64,000 nucleotides of DNA, from positions 9,548,001-9,612,000 of the forward strand of contig OZ024762.1 in NCBI GenBank assembly GCA_964016885.1. The letters are read 5' to 3'. Within the stretch, counting starts at the first letter, position 1; each line of letters begins with the position of its first letter. The notes under the pieces were generated by a model. It was given only the letters and a program-made list of their open reading frames with translations, searched no databases and was not told the DNA's origin. The position numbers and the translations under genes are program-made. The stretch comes from Eledone cirrhosa. Taxonomy: Eukaryota. Shown one piece after another: positions 1 through 13,200 of the stretch.

Positions 1-240
1 TGTCTTTGCGCGTAATTGTTTTTCACCGCTCCTATTAATGACGTATTATTCGTTTTTTCCCGTTCTTTGCCAGCGAACGTTTCCACGAACCAAAGTATCG
101 TCTTCCTGTCTTCCTCCGGTTGCAACGTTTTTTGAAATATCCAGTTCTGCGTTTACAGATTGACTTTGTTAGTTTCAGAAGATCCCGTTAAGGGTGAAAG
201 CACCGATTCTTTGCTTAAACTTTAATCTGTTATTTTAATA
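1..240. repeat. Unclassified interspersed repeat, truncated by the window edge; inverted copy at 63236-63476
   Basis: 1-240 is the reverse complement of about 63236-63476 with scattered substitutions. Both copies abut (TA)n tracts. Confidence 0.8.
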
Positions 241-267
241 AATATATATATATATATATATATATAT

Positions 268-615
268 GCAAAAGTTTTATTTAAAATTGTTGGGTTACAA
301 CGAGTAAATATTTTATAACTGATATAAAGCACTCAACAAGTTTTGGAGTAGATATACGATATTAAACAAATGGAAACTATATTTATAAAACCATATCTAT
401 TTCATTATACATATTTCAGGGATACCAAACCAACTTTTTTAAATGGAAGTTGATCAATATTTTATAGTACGTCAAATTTATTTATAAAACTGCTTATATA
501 TTGTATTTTATCTAAAGAAGGCATGCCATATTTTTAATATGGTATCCCTGAAATATGTATAATGAAATAGATATGGTTTTATAAATATAGTTTCCATTTG
601 TTTAATATCGTATAT
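268..615. mobile_element. Penelope-like pseudo-LTR remnant with inverted arms
   Basis: A perfect ~75 bp inverted repeat (352-426 / 540-615), an AGCACTCA motif at 328, (TA)n flanks and an overlapping hammerhead-like motif. Bases 268-375 recur inverted at 31229-31337. Confidence 0.6.
505..568 (+). ncRNA. Degenerate type I hammerhead ribozyme motif (core CUAAAGA, probably inactive)
   Basis: attttat-CTAAAGA-[aggcatgccata/tatggtatccct stem II]-GAAA-tatgta-TA-atgaaat. Stems I and II pair, but core G5 is A. Confidence 0.6.
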
Positions 616-959
616 ATATATATATATATATAATTCGTTTATGAAATTGTTTTGCAAGATTTCTTAACTAAAAACGTGTGTTGAAACAGACATTGTTATA
701 CTTTGGGAGGGTCATGTTGCCAATAAAAACACACCTGTTGGTTTTCACTTCAATTTATTACAAGTTTCCAGCTGGTTGATTTGTTGGTTGGCTATTTCGA
801 TAACTGGATTATTTGTTTATATATTGTCAAAGCTCTAGAACTGTTTCATTCAAAAGAAATCATCAGGAAAGCCAACTGTTATTGTAATACGGTGGTATTT
901 ATATTGTAATACGGTGGTATTTATATGTTTTCTGGTGGTTGGGGAAGGTTGTGGTTTTG

Positions 960-1367
960 CTCAAGGTATTTGAAGCTCCGACGACTGGCAACTGACTTGG
1001 TAAACACCCACAAAATTGTTAACCATGTTGCCAACAACAACCCTGAGTACCTTTTCGATTTCCATGTGTCTAACACACGTGGACATGCCCACAAAGTAAG
1101 AAAACAGCACAGCTCCCATGACTTTCGGAAACATTTTTTCATGCTCAGAGTTGCTGAAGCATGGAACAAACTCCCTGCATCAGTTGTTAGCTGTCGAGAC
1201 ACTGCATCCTTTAAGGCCTCCATACTTCCCGAGATCCGCCAACAGAACAGCTAACACATACACACATGTACTTCCCTGACATTTGTGTATTATTCTATGT
1301 ACTATATTGACGAGTTGTAGTGCACCTGAACACTTTACACAATAATTTCATTATTATTATTATTATT
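960..1367 (+). mobile_element. CR1-clade LINE 3' fragment
   Basis: The translation LRRLATDLVNTHKI...TRGH...FF.LRVAEAWNKLP matches the CR1 ORF2 C-terminus. It is followed by a 3' UTR and an (ATT)n tail. Confidence 0.9.
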
Positions 1368-1451
1368 GTAAAGAACAAAGATTCTTTGAAAAAACTATGT
1401 TTAGAAATATACCCAATAATACAATGACACAGATAAAAGACGAGGTTCACA

Positions 1452-1680
1452 ATCATCTTCGTTTAACGTCCATCTTCCACGCTAGCATGGGTTAGACGGG
1501 AGTTATCCCACTTGAGGCAAGGCTGGTCGGGTGACCGTGTCTTGCTCATATAGGACTATCTGGCAGGTTTTCTACAGCTGGATGCCCTTCCTAACACCAA
1601 CCACATTACAGCGTGGAACTGGGAACTTTTTACCGTCTTACCTACACGGCCACATTACAGCGTGGATAGTGTTTTTTCAC
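1452..1680 (-). mobile_element. RTE-tailed SINE/LINE 3' remnant
   Basis: The tail ccgtctaacccatgctagcgtggaagatggacgttaaacga(tga)n recurs at about 17317, 17897, 25226, 33414 and 36797. Confidence 0.65.
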
Positions 1681-1932
1681 AATACATATTTTATATCTGT
1701 AGAGGAAACTAAGGCTGTGTAAATGTTTATATACATTTACACATTTCTAGTATACAGACATGTAAACAAACCAAATATATATATATTTCCCTATATATTG
1801 AAAGCCGATACATAACTAGATTATATACATATAAGTGTCTGAAACTTTAAGACTCTCTTCCTGCTATTTCAAGCGTTAAACTAATATATTTCTTCCATGT
1901 ACTGTGTCGTTTGTTTTGCTATTTCTGTTCAC

Positions 1933-1982
<50 letters not shown>

Positions 1983-2054
1983 ATAATAATAAATTTGAAG
2001 AGGGCTCGATAAGGATAAATATATATCAAATATATAAGAACCGTAGAGATTTTA

Positions 2055-2138
<84 letters not shown>

Positions 2139-3351
2139 CGAAAGAGAGAGAGAGAGAGAGCGAAAGAGAGAGAGAGAAGAACAATGTCCAGCAATAAATG
2201 GTGTCTTTTGTGCTGTCATGAAGAAACTATGTCCTCGGTGACCTTTACAACACCACCACCACCACCACCACCACCATCATCATGCTATCACATTCACCAC
2301 CTCCACCACCACTACCATAGCATCACTGTCTTATCACATAAACACACATATACATACACACACATCTACACATACACATAACTACGCATGTACACGCACA
2401 CACACCTACACATACATACATACACACCTACACATACACATGTATACTATATGCACACACACCTACACATACCCATGCACACACCTACTCATACATACAC
2501 ACACAGACATACATACATATATACATACACACATACATACATACACATGCCTACACCTACACATACATAGTCACGCACATACACACACCTACACATATAT
2601 ACATATATACATACACACACACAAAACACACACATAATGAAACACATACATCAATCCATACACACATACAAATGACATTCTGAATGTCACCTATTTCTGT
2701 GTTAATATTGAGAATACTACTGATGTCATGTGACTGTCATGTGACGTGATCAGGGACCTCGTTTGTCTTTAAAATGTGAGGGGGACAACCAACATTTGTT
2801 GATTCTTAAAGGTGCATGTTAGTATTGCTTATGGTCCCTTTCCCGGACCCTATCACATAAGTAAAATTTTACACTAATTAAATTTTATATATTTAAATGA
2901 AGTTCAAATATGAAAAAATAAGCTTAAAAAGAATTTATTATATCAAATAAACAAAAATTAAAATATAGACGTTTGAAAAAGTGTTGGGGGGGACTTGTCC
3001 CCTTGTACCCCCCTGATACAAGGCCCTTGGACATGATTGTCACATGATGTGACTATGGTTTCCAAAATCCCAACCCCAACCAAACCTTAAATCCAGGGCC
3101 TTCTCACTCCCGTTGGAGAAACTCCTCCCTGGTTGACTTCCACCACTTCCCATCTTTGGCCATATAGGGCCGTGTGGGGCCCCGAGGTTAATGTGTGTGG
3201 CATAGTGGTTAGGGAGTTGGATTCGCATTCATGAGGCTGTGAGTTCAATTCTTGGACCGAGTGATGCATTGTGTCCTTGAACCCAGAGTGTAGAGTCCCA
3301 GAATAGAACAGTTTTGTACAGGTATTTTATTGGCCTTGAAAGGATGAAGGG

Positions 3352-3998
3352 TTAACCCGTTCATGACAACATTTCTAATGAAATACACACTATTTTAATT
3401 AATTAAGAATTTCGAGGGATTTACTAAAATTATTAATTATTTTAATACTAAGATAGTAATTTAATTGTTCCTACTTTTGGCACAAGGCCAGCAATTACCC
3501 AGTACATTACTGGTACTTTATTTTATCGACCCCGTAAGGATGAAAGGCAAAGTTAACCTCGACAGGATTTGAACTCAGACCCTAAAGGGACATAACTATG
3601 CTGGAAAGTATGGTGTCCGACCCTCTACTGATGCTGCCAATTCAGTAATTTAATGTAATGTCCTTATATAAAATTATGTCAGATTTTAATTTAACTCTTT
3701 AGCATTTACATTACTCTATATATACTATTATATTTTCATGGTAAAGGCTTTATCTCACATAATTATCTCACATAATATCGAATCTATGAGATTTTGATGT
3801 TATTTATTTTGAGAACAATACCTTAACATCAGTATGAGTGGCCAGTTACGGCCAGTTTGAACAGAAAGAGGTGAGAGAATTCCAGCTGGATATGGCTGGT
3901 TTAAATGCTAAAGGGTTAAATTGGAAACCTTTAAAATGAGTGATTTTATTTCATAGGACCAAGGCCGGTTTTGGCTGGGTTGGTAACTAAAGGGTTAA
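3352..3998. mobile_element. Nested TTAA/CCC (piggyBac-type) MITEs plus a SINE
   Basis: The outer element runs ttaaccc...agggttaa. It contains an inner MITE at 3691-3919 (ttaactctttagcattta...taaatgctaaagggttaa) and a family A SINE at about 3464-3643. Confidence 0.7.
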
Positions 3999-4094
3999 AA
4001 TTGATCTCGACTTTATTTGAACCCAGAGTATAGAGTCCCAGAACAAATACTGTAAACCATTCTAACCAACATTCTAATAATTCTGCAAATTTGC

Positions 4095-4452
4095 TGTTCC
4101 ATGTGTCTAACACACGTGGGCATGCCTACAAAAAGTCAGAAAACAGCACAGCTCCCATGACTTTCGGAAACATTTTTTCACAGAGTTGCTGAAGCATGGA
4201 ACAAACTACCTGCATCAGTTGTTAGCTGCCAGGGCACTGCATCCTTTAAAACCTCCATGCTTCCTGAGCTTCGCCAACACCACACCTGATATCCCCCCCT
4301 CCATACACACGCACGCATGTATATCATGACTCATACACTGTTCATTTTCCTGACATTTGTATATTATTCTATGTACCATACATGCACCTTTGATGAGTTG
4401 TAGTGCACCTGGGCACTGTACACAATAATTTCATTATTATTATTATTATTAT
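4095..4452 (+). mobile_element. CR1-clade LINE 3' fragment (frameshifted)
   Basis: Closely matches 1060-1367 and 47588-47950 and ends in an (ATT)n tail. Confidence 0.9.
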
Positions 4453-4694
4453 TAAAAATACAATGTACCAACAGAGGAATAATCAACCCCAGTATTTAAC
4501 TGGTACTTTATGTTATCAGCACTGAAAGGATGGGATGGTAAAACAGGCCTCAGAATTATTTCAACTCAGAACATAGCACTATCTTACATTCTAATAAAGA
4601 AAGATATCTTACATTCTAATGACTCTGCATTATCTCCATCTGTTTGTAAAAATACAATGGTTCCCCTCAACCCAACCACCACCACTACCACCAC

Positions 4695-5330
4695 CTCCAT
4701 TGAATAAACTATTTGTTGTTGTTATTGTCACAATCCTTCACTATCACCAGCACCATCATCACCACCACCACCACCAACACCACCACCACCACCACCACCA
4801 CCAGCACAACCAACACCACCATCATCACCACCAACACCACCACCACCAACACCACCAACACCACCACCACCACTACCACCACCTCCATTGAATAAACTAT
4901 TTGTTGTTGTTATTGTCACAATCCTTCACTATCACCAGCACCATCATCACCACCACCACCACCAACACTACCACCACCACCACCAGCACAACCAACACCA
5001 CCATCATCACCACCAACACCACCACCACCAGCACAACCAACACCACCAACACCACCACCACCACCACTACCACCACCTCCATTGAATAAACTATTTGTTG
5101 TTGTTATTGTCACAATCCTTCACTATCACCAGCACCATCATCACCACCACCACCACCAACACCACCACCACCACCACCAGCACAACCAACACCACCATCA
5201 TCACCACCAACACCACCACCACCAGCACAACCAACACAACCAACACCACCACCACCAGCACCACCACCAGCACCACTACCACCACCTCCATTTAATAAAC
5301 TATTGTTGTTGTTATTGTCACTATCACCAC
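4695..5330. repeat. Tandem 190-210 bp units: AATAAA-containing anchor plus (CAC/CAA)n filler
   Basis: The anchor ccatt(g/t)aataaactatt(t)gttgttgttattgtcac occurs at 4697, 4885, 5079 and 5288. Confidence 0.85.
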
Positions 5331-5350
5331 CTATCTCCACCAACACCACC

Positions 5351-5384
<34 letters not shown>

Positions 5385-5789
5385 ATACTACTACACCAAT
5401 TCCTCGGAACAGCTTTGTCCCCACCCACCCCTCCTCCTCCTACGACTACCACTACTATCACCAACACCACCACTACTACTACTACTACTACCACTACCAC
5501 CACCACTACTACTACTACTACTGTTACACCAATTCTTTCCCTGGAACAACTTTACTCCTTCCCCCACCCACAGCCCACCACCACCACCACCACTACTACT
5601 ACCACTACTACTACACCAATTCTTTGACAGCTAGAGTTTTCCCTGGAACAACTTTAGCCCCCCCCCCCCGCCACCACCACCATCACTCAACAGATGTTTC
5701 AGAGACAGTCTCACTCTTCCTTCCCCTCCTTTCTTCCTTCTATTCTGTTCCATTCTTTTAATGTTTATTCATTCATTGTATATATTTTC

Positions 5790-6339
5790 ACAATCAACAA
5801 CAACAACAACAACAACATTAACAATTAGCAACAACAACAACAACAACAACAACATTAACAATCATCAGCAACAACAACAACAACAGCAGCAGCAACACAC
5901 CACCATTAACAATCAACAACAACAACATCAATACCATCAGCAACAACAACAACAACAGCAACACACCACCATTAACAATCACAACAACATCACTACCATC
6001 AGCAACAACAACAAAAACAATGACACCACCACCAGCAACAGCAACACACCACCACCACCACCAACAACAACAAGGGCAACACCATCAGCACCACCACCAC
6101 CAACAACAGCAATGACAACAACAACAACAACAACAACAGCAGCAACACCATCACCACGAACAACAATAACAACAACAAAGACAACACCACCACCACCAAC
6201 AGCAACACACCGCCACCACCAACAACAACAACAACAGCAACACACCACCACCACCAACAACAACAACAGCAACACACCACCACCACCACCAACAACAACA
6301 GCAACACACCACCACCACCACCAACAACAACAGCAACAC

Positions 6340-6370
<31 letters not shown>

Positions 6371-6470
6371 CACCACCACCACCAACAGCAACACACCACC
6401 ACCACCACCATCAACAACAACAACAAGGGCAACATCATCAGCACCACCACCACCACCACCAGCAATAATA
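5790..6470. repeat. (CAA/CAC/CAG)n low-complexity tract
   Basis: Direct reading; it yields poly-T/Q/N/H pseudo-ORFs. Confidence 0.9.
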
Positions 6471-6660
6471 ACAAGTAGCATACTAATTGAAATAGCTTTG
6501 TTCACTACATTTAAGTACATTAGTACTCACTTAACTATTGTTTCATACGCAGATGGCGTGCCAAGGTAACTTTCCTTCAGTCATTATCTTATGCTGTCCT
6601 GTTTAACATAATGTTGTACGTAGGATTTGAATTCAGAATGTGAAGGGTCACAACTACAAT

Positions 6661-7592
6661 GAAGGTAGAACTGGGGTCCACAAATCTGGTGTAGGGTGTC
6701 TACAAATCTGATGAAGGGTTTCTACAAAGGTAGAATCGGGGTCCACAAATCTGGTTTAGGGTGTCTATAAATCTGATGAAGGGTTTCTACAAAGGTAGAA
6801 TCGGGGTCCACAAATCTGGTGTAGGGTGTCTACAAATCTGATGAAGGGTTTCTACAAAGGTAGAACTGGGGTCCACAAATCTGGTGTAGGGTATCTACAA
6901 AGGTAGAATCGGGGTCCACAAATCTGGTGTAGGGTGTCTACAAATCTGATGAAGGGTTTCTACAAAGGTAGAACTGGGGTCCACAAATCTGGTGTAGGGT
7001 ATCTACAAAGGTAGAATCGGGGTCCACAAATCTGGTTTAGGGTGTCTACAAATCTGATGAAGGGTTTCTACAAAGGTAGAACTGGGGTCCACAAATCTGG
7101 TGTAGGGTATCTACAAAGGTAGAATCGGGGTCCACAAATCTGGTGTAGCGTGTCTACAAATCTGATGAAGGGTTTCTACAAAGGTAGAACTGGGTCCACA
7201 AATCTGGTGTAGCGTGTCTACAAATCTGATGAAGGGTTTCTACAAAGGTAGAACTGGGGTCCACAAATCTGGTGTAGGGTATCTACAAAGGTAGAATCGG
7301 GGTCCACAAATCTGGTTTAGGGTGTCTACAAATCTGATGAAGGGTTTCTACAAAGGTAGAACTGGGGTCCACAAATCTGGTGTAGGGTATCTACAAAGGT
7401 AGAACTGGTGTCGACAAATCTGGTGTAGGGTGTTTACAAATCTGATGAAGGGTTTCTACAAAGGTAGAACTGGGGTTCACAAATCTGGTGTAGGGTATCT
7501 ACAAAGGTAGAACTGGTGTCGACAAATCTGGTGTAGGGTGTTTACAAATCTGATGAAGGGTTTCTACAAAGGTGGAACTGGGGTCCACAAAG
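6661..7592. repeat. Minisatellite of 65 bp and 43 bp units built from a ~22 bp subunit
   Basis: aaggtagaa recurs at 6662, 6727, 6792, 6857, 6900 and onward. Later units mostly alternate 65/43 bp. Confidence 0.9.
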
Positions 7593-7614
7593 CTAGAACT
7601 AGGGACCATAGAGT

Positions 7615-7930
7615 ACTTTTTTGTCATGGCACCAGCACTACTACTTTACAGGGTGGATTAGGTGTTTTTTATTGTTGTGACACCAGTGTGAACTGGGTGC
7701 TTTTTGTTCTTGAGGCATCAGCACTACCACCTTACAGGGTGGACCCGTTGCTTTTTGTTCTTGAGGCATCAGCACTACCACCTTACAGGGTGGACCCGGT
7801 GCTTTTTGTTCTTGAGGCATCAGCACTACCACCTTACAGGGTGGACTGTGTGCTTTTTGTTGATGTGACACCAGCACTACCATCTTACAGGGTGGACTGG
7901 GTGCTTTTTTTGTCATGGCACCAACACTAC
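7615..7930. repeat. ~51 bp tandem repeat, about 6 diverging copies, resembling a segment of SINE family B
   Basis: The unit ggtgctttttgttcttgaggcatcagcactaccaccttacagggtggacc resembles gggtgcttttttgctgtggcacc...accactttgcagtg near 36560. Confidence 0.7.
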
Positions 7931-8278
7931 AAGAGCCAGAAACACTTGCTTAACAGATCTACTTGATTCAGAAGTGAATTGTTTTTTTTTCCAGAGGAAA
8001 GTTAGTCTGAAGCATACTCCACCCACCTTCATACATAAAATAAACGCTCTCCGCCCTCCACAAGAGCAAACGAATATAAAACTGGGCGAGTAATGGGAGA
8101 TAACTCAGTAATCTACAATAAACAGTTTTACACTCTTGGCATTTTTCTTTTCTTTCACTATTTTGACCTAAGTTGGAGTGATATATCACCATCAACTACA
8201 CACACACACACGTGTATATATATATATATATATATACACACACGTGTGTATATATATATATATATACACACACGTGTG

Positions 8279-8351
<73 letters not shown>

Positions 8352-8354
<3 letters not shown>

Positions 8355-8497
8355 ACACAGTACAATATTTACCAACTTATATATATAGATATATGATGAT
8401 GATGATAATGATATATATATATATATATATATATATATCATTATCATCATCATCATATATCTATATATATAAGTTGGTAAATATTGTACTGTGTTGT
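8352..8497. repeat. Perfect 146 bp palindrome centred on (AT)14
   Basis: acaacacagtacaatatttaccaactt...aagttggtaaatattgtactgtgttgt reads as its own reverse complement. Confidence 0.9.
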
Positions 8498-8828
8498 TTG
8501 CTTTATTTCTGTTTACTTTTACACATACACACATATATATAAATATATAGTATAGAGAGTATTGAAGTTTGCTTGATGCATTGTGGAATAATAAAAATGG
8601 TCGTTTTCTCTTTCTACGCTTCCTCTTACATCTCTCTCTCTCTCTCATTACCACCGGATTCTGTTACCCGGACATTTACCCATCTGCATTCCAAAACGAC
8701 CAATTTTATATAAATATATATATATATGTATATAACAAAGGAATTGTGGTAAGGAACCAGATGGACCATAACGCACCAGAAAACTCAATACTTAGGGTAG
8801 TAGAGTGGGATCCACAGACACACGTATT

Positions 8829-9112
8829 TTAACCCGTCAGCATTTAAACCAGCCATATCTGGCCAGAAATCCCTCACCTCTTTCTGTTCAAACCAGCTGT
8901 AACTGACCACTCATAGTGATGTTAAGGTATTGTTCACAAAATAAATAATATCAAAATCTCATAGATTCGATATTATGGGAGATAATTATGTGAGATAATT
9001 ATGTGAAGTAATTATGTGAGGTAATTATGTGAGGTAATTATGTGAGATAATTATGTGAGGTAATTATGTGAAGTAAAGCCTTTACTGTGAAAATATTATA
9101 GTAGAGTAATAA
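8829..9112. mobile_element. piggyBac-type MITE with an internal 13 bp expansion
   Basis: It starts ttaacccgtcagcatttaaacc. The unit (aattatgtgagRt) is repeated about 7 times at 8975-9075. Confidence 0.75.
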
Positions 9113-9544
9113 TTATAATAATAATGGAAATTGTTGTGTACAGTGCTTAGGTGCACTACAACTCATCAAAGGTGCATGTATAGTACATAGAATAACAATG
9201 TATTCTACTGCGGGTAAAATTCCCGAGATCCATGGACGAGTTCTCTCCAGCGGTCTCTGTCCCTCATTATCGCTGCCATAACAATGTATGCTAGGGGTTA
9301 AACATATTTCTAAGGGAGATTCAGTATAACGCAATGTGTGACAAGGCTGGCCACTTGAATAACAGGTACAACTCATTTTTGTCCCTTTATTTTTTCTGTT
9401 TTCCAGCTGAGTGGGCTGTGGCAATGTGAAATATAGAGTCTCTTATGCAAGGACTAGGAATTGAACTCCCAACCTTACTGTTGTCATACTAACATACTAA
9501 CATACTAACTACTAAGTCATGTGACTCTGTTCAAAATGTAATAT

Positions 9545-10135
9545 CATTCACCACCACCACCACCACCACCACCACCACCACTACCACAATCTCCAACACC
9601 ACTACCACCACAACCACCACTACCACCATTACCACAACCTCCACCACCACCAACACCATTTAATAAACTATTGCTGTTATTGTCACAATCCTTCACCACC
9701 ACAACCACCACTAGCACCACCACCACCACTACCACAATAACCACCACAACCACCACAACCACCATTACCACAACCACCACCACAACCTCCACCACCACCA
9801 CCAACACCATTTAATAAACTATTGTTGTTATTGTCACAACCCTTCACCACCACCACCACCACAACCTCCACTACCACCACCACAACCACCACAACCACCA
9901 CTACCACCATTACCACAACCTCCACCACTACCACCACCACAACCACCATTACCACCATTACCACCACCACTACCACCACCACCACCATCACCACCACCAA
10001 CACCATTTAATAAACTATTGTTGTTATTGTCACAACCCTTCACCACCACCACCACCACTGCCACCATTACCACAACCTCCACCACAACCACCACCACCAT
10101 TTAATAAACTTTTATTGTTGTTGTTATTGTCACAA
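9545..10135. repeat. Second cluster of the AATAAA-anchor/(CAC)n repeat
   Basis: Anchors at 9656, 9807, 10003 and 10097. Confidence 0.85.
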
Positions 10136-10291
10136 TGTCTGATGTCCTTGTGTTATGTGCACCAACACCACTTCAGGCGTTGCACATGTAATTGCATATT
10201 TTATAATTGAATAGTTTTAATTAAAAGGAACAATTGAACATTGTCTGATTCAACTTGGAGTTGGATGTTGCAATTATTTCCTATTCCAGGG

Positions 10292-13200
10292 ACATCCAAC
10301 CATACCTTCCTTCAACCAACCATCCAACCATCCATCTACCTAGCCATACCTTCCTTCAACCAGCCATCCAACCATCCATCTACCTAGCCATACCTTCCTT
10401 CAGCCAGCCATCCAACCATCCATCTACCTAGCCATACCTTCCTTCAACCAGCCATCCAACCATCCATCTACCTAGCCATACCTTCCTTCAACCAGCCATC
10501 CAACCATCCATCTACCTAGCCATACCTTCCTTCAACCAGCCATCCAACCATCCATCTACCTAGCCATACCTTCCTTCAGCCAGCCATCCAACCATCCATC
10601 TACCTAGCCATACCTTCCTTCATCCAACCATCCATCTACCTAGCCATACCTTCCTTCAACCAGCCATCCAACCATCCATCTACCTACCCATACCTTCCTT
10701 CAACCAGCCATCTACCTACCCATACCTTCCTTCAACCAGCCATCCAACCATCCATCTACCTACCCATACCTTCCTTCAACCATCCATCTACCTAGCCATA
10801 CCTTCCTTCAACCATCCATCTACCTACCCATACCTTCCTTCAACCAACCATCCAACTACCTAGCCATACCTTCCTTCAGCCAGCCATCCAACCATCCATC
10901 TACCTACCCATACCTTCCTTCAACCAGCCATCCAACCATCCATCCACCTACCCATACCTTCCTTCAACCAGCCATCCAACCATCCATCCACCTACCCATA
11001 CCTTCCTTCAACCATCCATCCAACCTAGCCATACCTTCCTTCAACCATCCATCTACCTACCCATACCTTCCTTCAACCAGCCATCTACCTACCCATACCT
11101 TCCTTCAACCATCCATCTACCTACCCATACCTTCCTTCAACCAGCCATCCAACCATCCATCTACCTACCCATACCTTCCTTCAACCATCCATCTACCTAG
11201 CCATACCTTCCTTCAACCATCCATCTACCTACCCATACCTTCCTTCAACCAACCATCCAACCATCCATCTACCTAGCCATACCTTCCTTCAGCCAGCCAT
11301 CCAACCATCCATCTACCTACCCATACCTTCCTTCCACCATCCATCTACCTAGCCATACCTTCCTTCAACCATCCATCTACCTAGCCATACCTTCCTTCAA
11401 CCAGCCATCCAACCATCCATCTACCTAGCCATACCTTCCTTCAGCCAGCCATCCAACCATCCATCTACCTACGCATACCTTCCTTCAACCAGCCATCCAA
11501 CCATCCATCTACCTAGCCATACCTTCCCTCAACCATCCATCTACCTAGCCATACCTTCCCTCAACCATCCATCTACCTATCCATACCTTCCTTCAATCAA
11601 CCATCCATCTACCTACCCATACCTTCCTTCAACCAGCCATCCAACCATCCATCTACCTACGCATACCTTCCTTCAACCAGCCATCCAACCATCCATCTAC
11701 CTAGCCATACCTTCCCTCAACCATCCATCTACCTAGCCATACCTTCCTTCAAGCAGCCATCCAACCATCCATCTACCTAGCCATACCTTCCTTCAACCAG
11801 CCATCCAACCATCCATCTACCTACCCATACCTTCCTTCAACCAGCCATCTACCTACCCATACCTTCCTTCAACCAGCCATCCAACCATCCATCTACCTAC
11901 CCATACCTTCCTTCAACCATCCATCTACCTAGCCATACCTTCCTTCAACCATCCATCTACCTACCCATACCTTCCTTCAACCAACCATCCAACTACCTAG
12001 CCATACCTTCCTTCAGCCAGCCATCCAACCATCCATCTACCTACCCATACCTTCCTTCAACCAGCCATCCAACCATCCATCCACCTACCCATACCTTCCT
12101 TCAACCAGCCATCCAACCATCCATCCACCTACCCATACCTTCCTTCAACCATCCATCCAACCTAGCCATACCTTCCTTCAACCATCCATCTACCTACCCA
12201 TACCTTCCTTCAACCAGCCATCTACCTACCCATACCTTCCTTCAACCATCCATCTACCTACCCATACCTTCCTTCAACCAGCCATCCAACCATCCATCTA
12301 CCTACCCATACCTTCCTTCAACCATCCATCTACCTAGCCATACCTTCCTTCAACCATCCATCTACCTACCCATACCTTCCTTCAACCAACCATCCAACCA
12401 TCCATCTACCTAGCCATACCTTCCTTCAGCCAGCCATCCAACCATCCATCTACCTACCCATACCTTCCTTCCACCATCCATCTACCTAGCCATACCTTCC
12501 TTCAACCATCCATCTACCTAGCCATACCTTCCTTCAACCAGCCATCCAACCATCCATCTACCTAGCCATACCTTCCTTCAGCCAGCCATCCAACCATCCA
12601 TCTACCTACGCATACCTTCCTTCAACCAGCCATCCAACCATCCATCTACCTAGCCATACCTTCCCTCAACCATCCATCTACCTAGCCATACCTTCCCTCA
12701 ACCATCCATCTACCTATCCATACCTTCCTTCAATCAACCATCCATCTACCTACCCATACCTTCCTTCAACCAGCCATCCAACCATCCATCTACCTACGCA
12801 TACCTTCCTTCAACCAGCCATCCAACCATCCATCTACCTAGCCATACCTTCCCTCAACCATCCATCTACCTAGCCATACCTTCCTTCAAGCAGCCATCCA
12901 ACCATCCATCTACCTAGCCATACCTTCCTTCAACCAGCCATCCAACCATCCATCTACCTAGCCATACCTTCCTTCAGCCAGCCATCCAACCATCCATCTA
13001 CCTAGCCATACCTTCCTTCAGCCAGCCATCCAACCATCCATCTACCTACCCATACCTTCCTTCATCCAACCATCCATCTACCTAGCCATACCTTCCTTCA
13101 AGCAGCCATCCAACCATCCATCTACCTAGCCATACCTTCCTTCAGCCAGCCATCCAACCATCCATCTACCTACCCATACCTTCCTTCATCCAACCATCCA

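Noticed and set aside
4619-6520. Poly-His/Thr/Gln/Val ORFs here and at 22.4-23.9, 40.9-43.6, 51.2-52.2 and 55.2-55.9 kb, plus all YI/HT/CV ORFs
   Set aside because: These are microsatellite translations open in several frames, without splice or composition support.
6531-6598. Minus-strand exon (aaacag| ... AA|gtgagt)
   Set aside because: All three frames contain stops. It could be a non-coding exon or a repeat remnant, which cannot be resolved from sequence.
6661-7592. CRISPR-like array (tttctac-aaag-gtaga resembles a Cas12a repeat stem) or hammerhead array (CTGATGA in each long unit)
   Set aside because: There are no unique spacers and no cas genes, and the context is eukaryotic. CTGATGA is not followed by GAAA and stem III.
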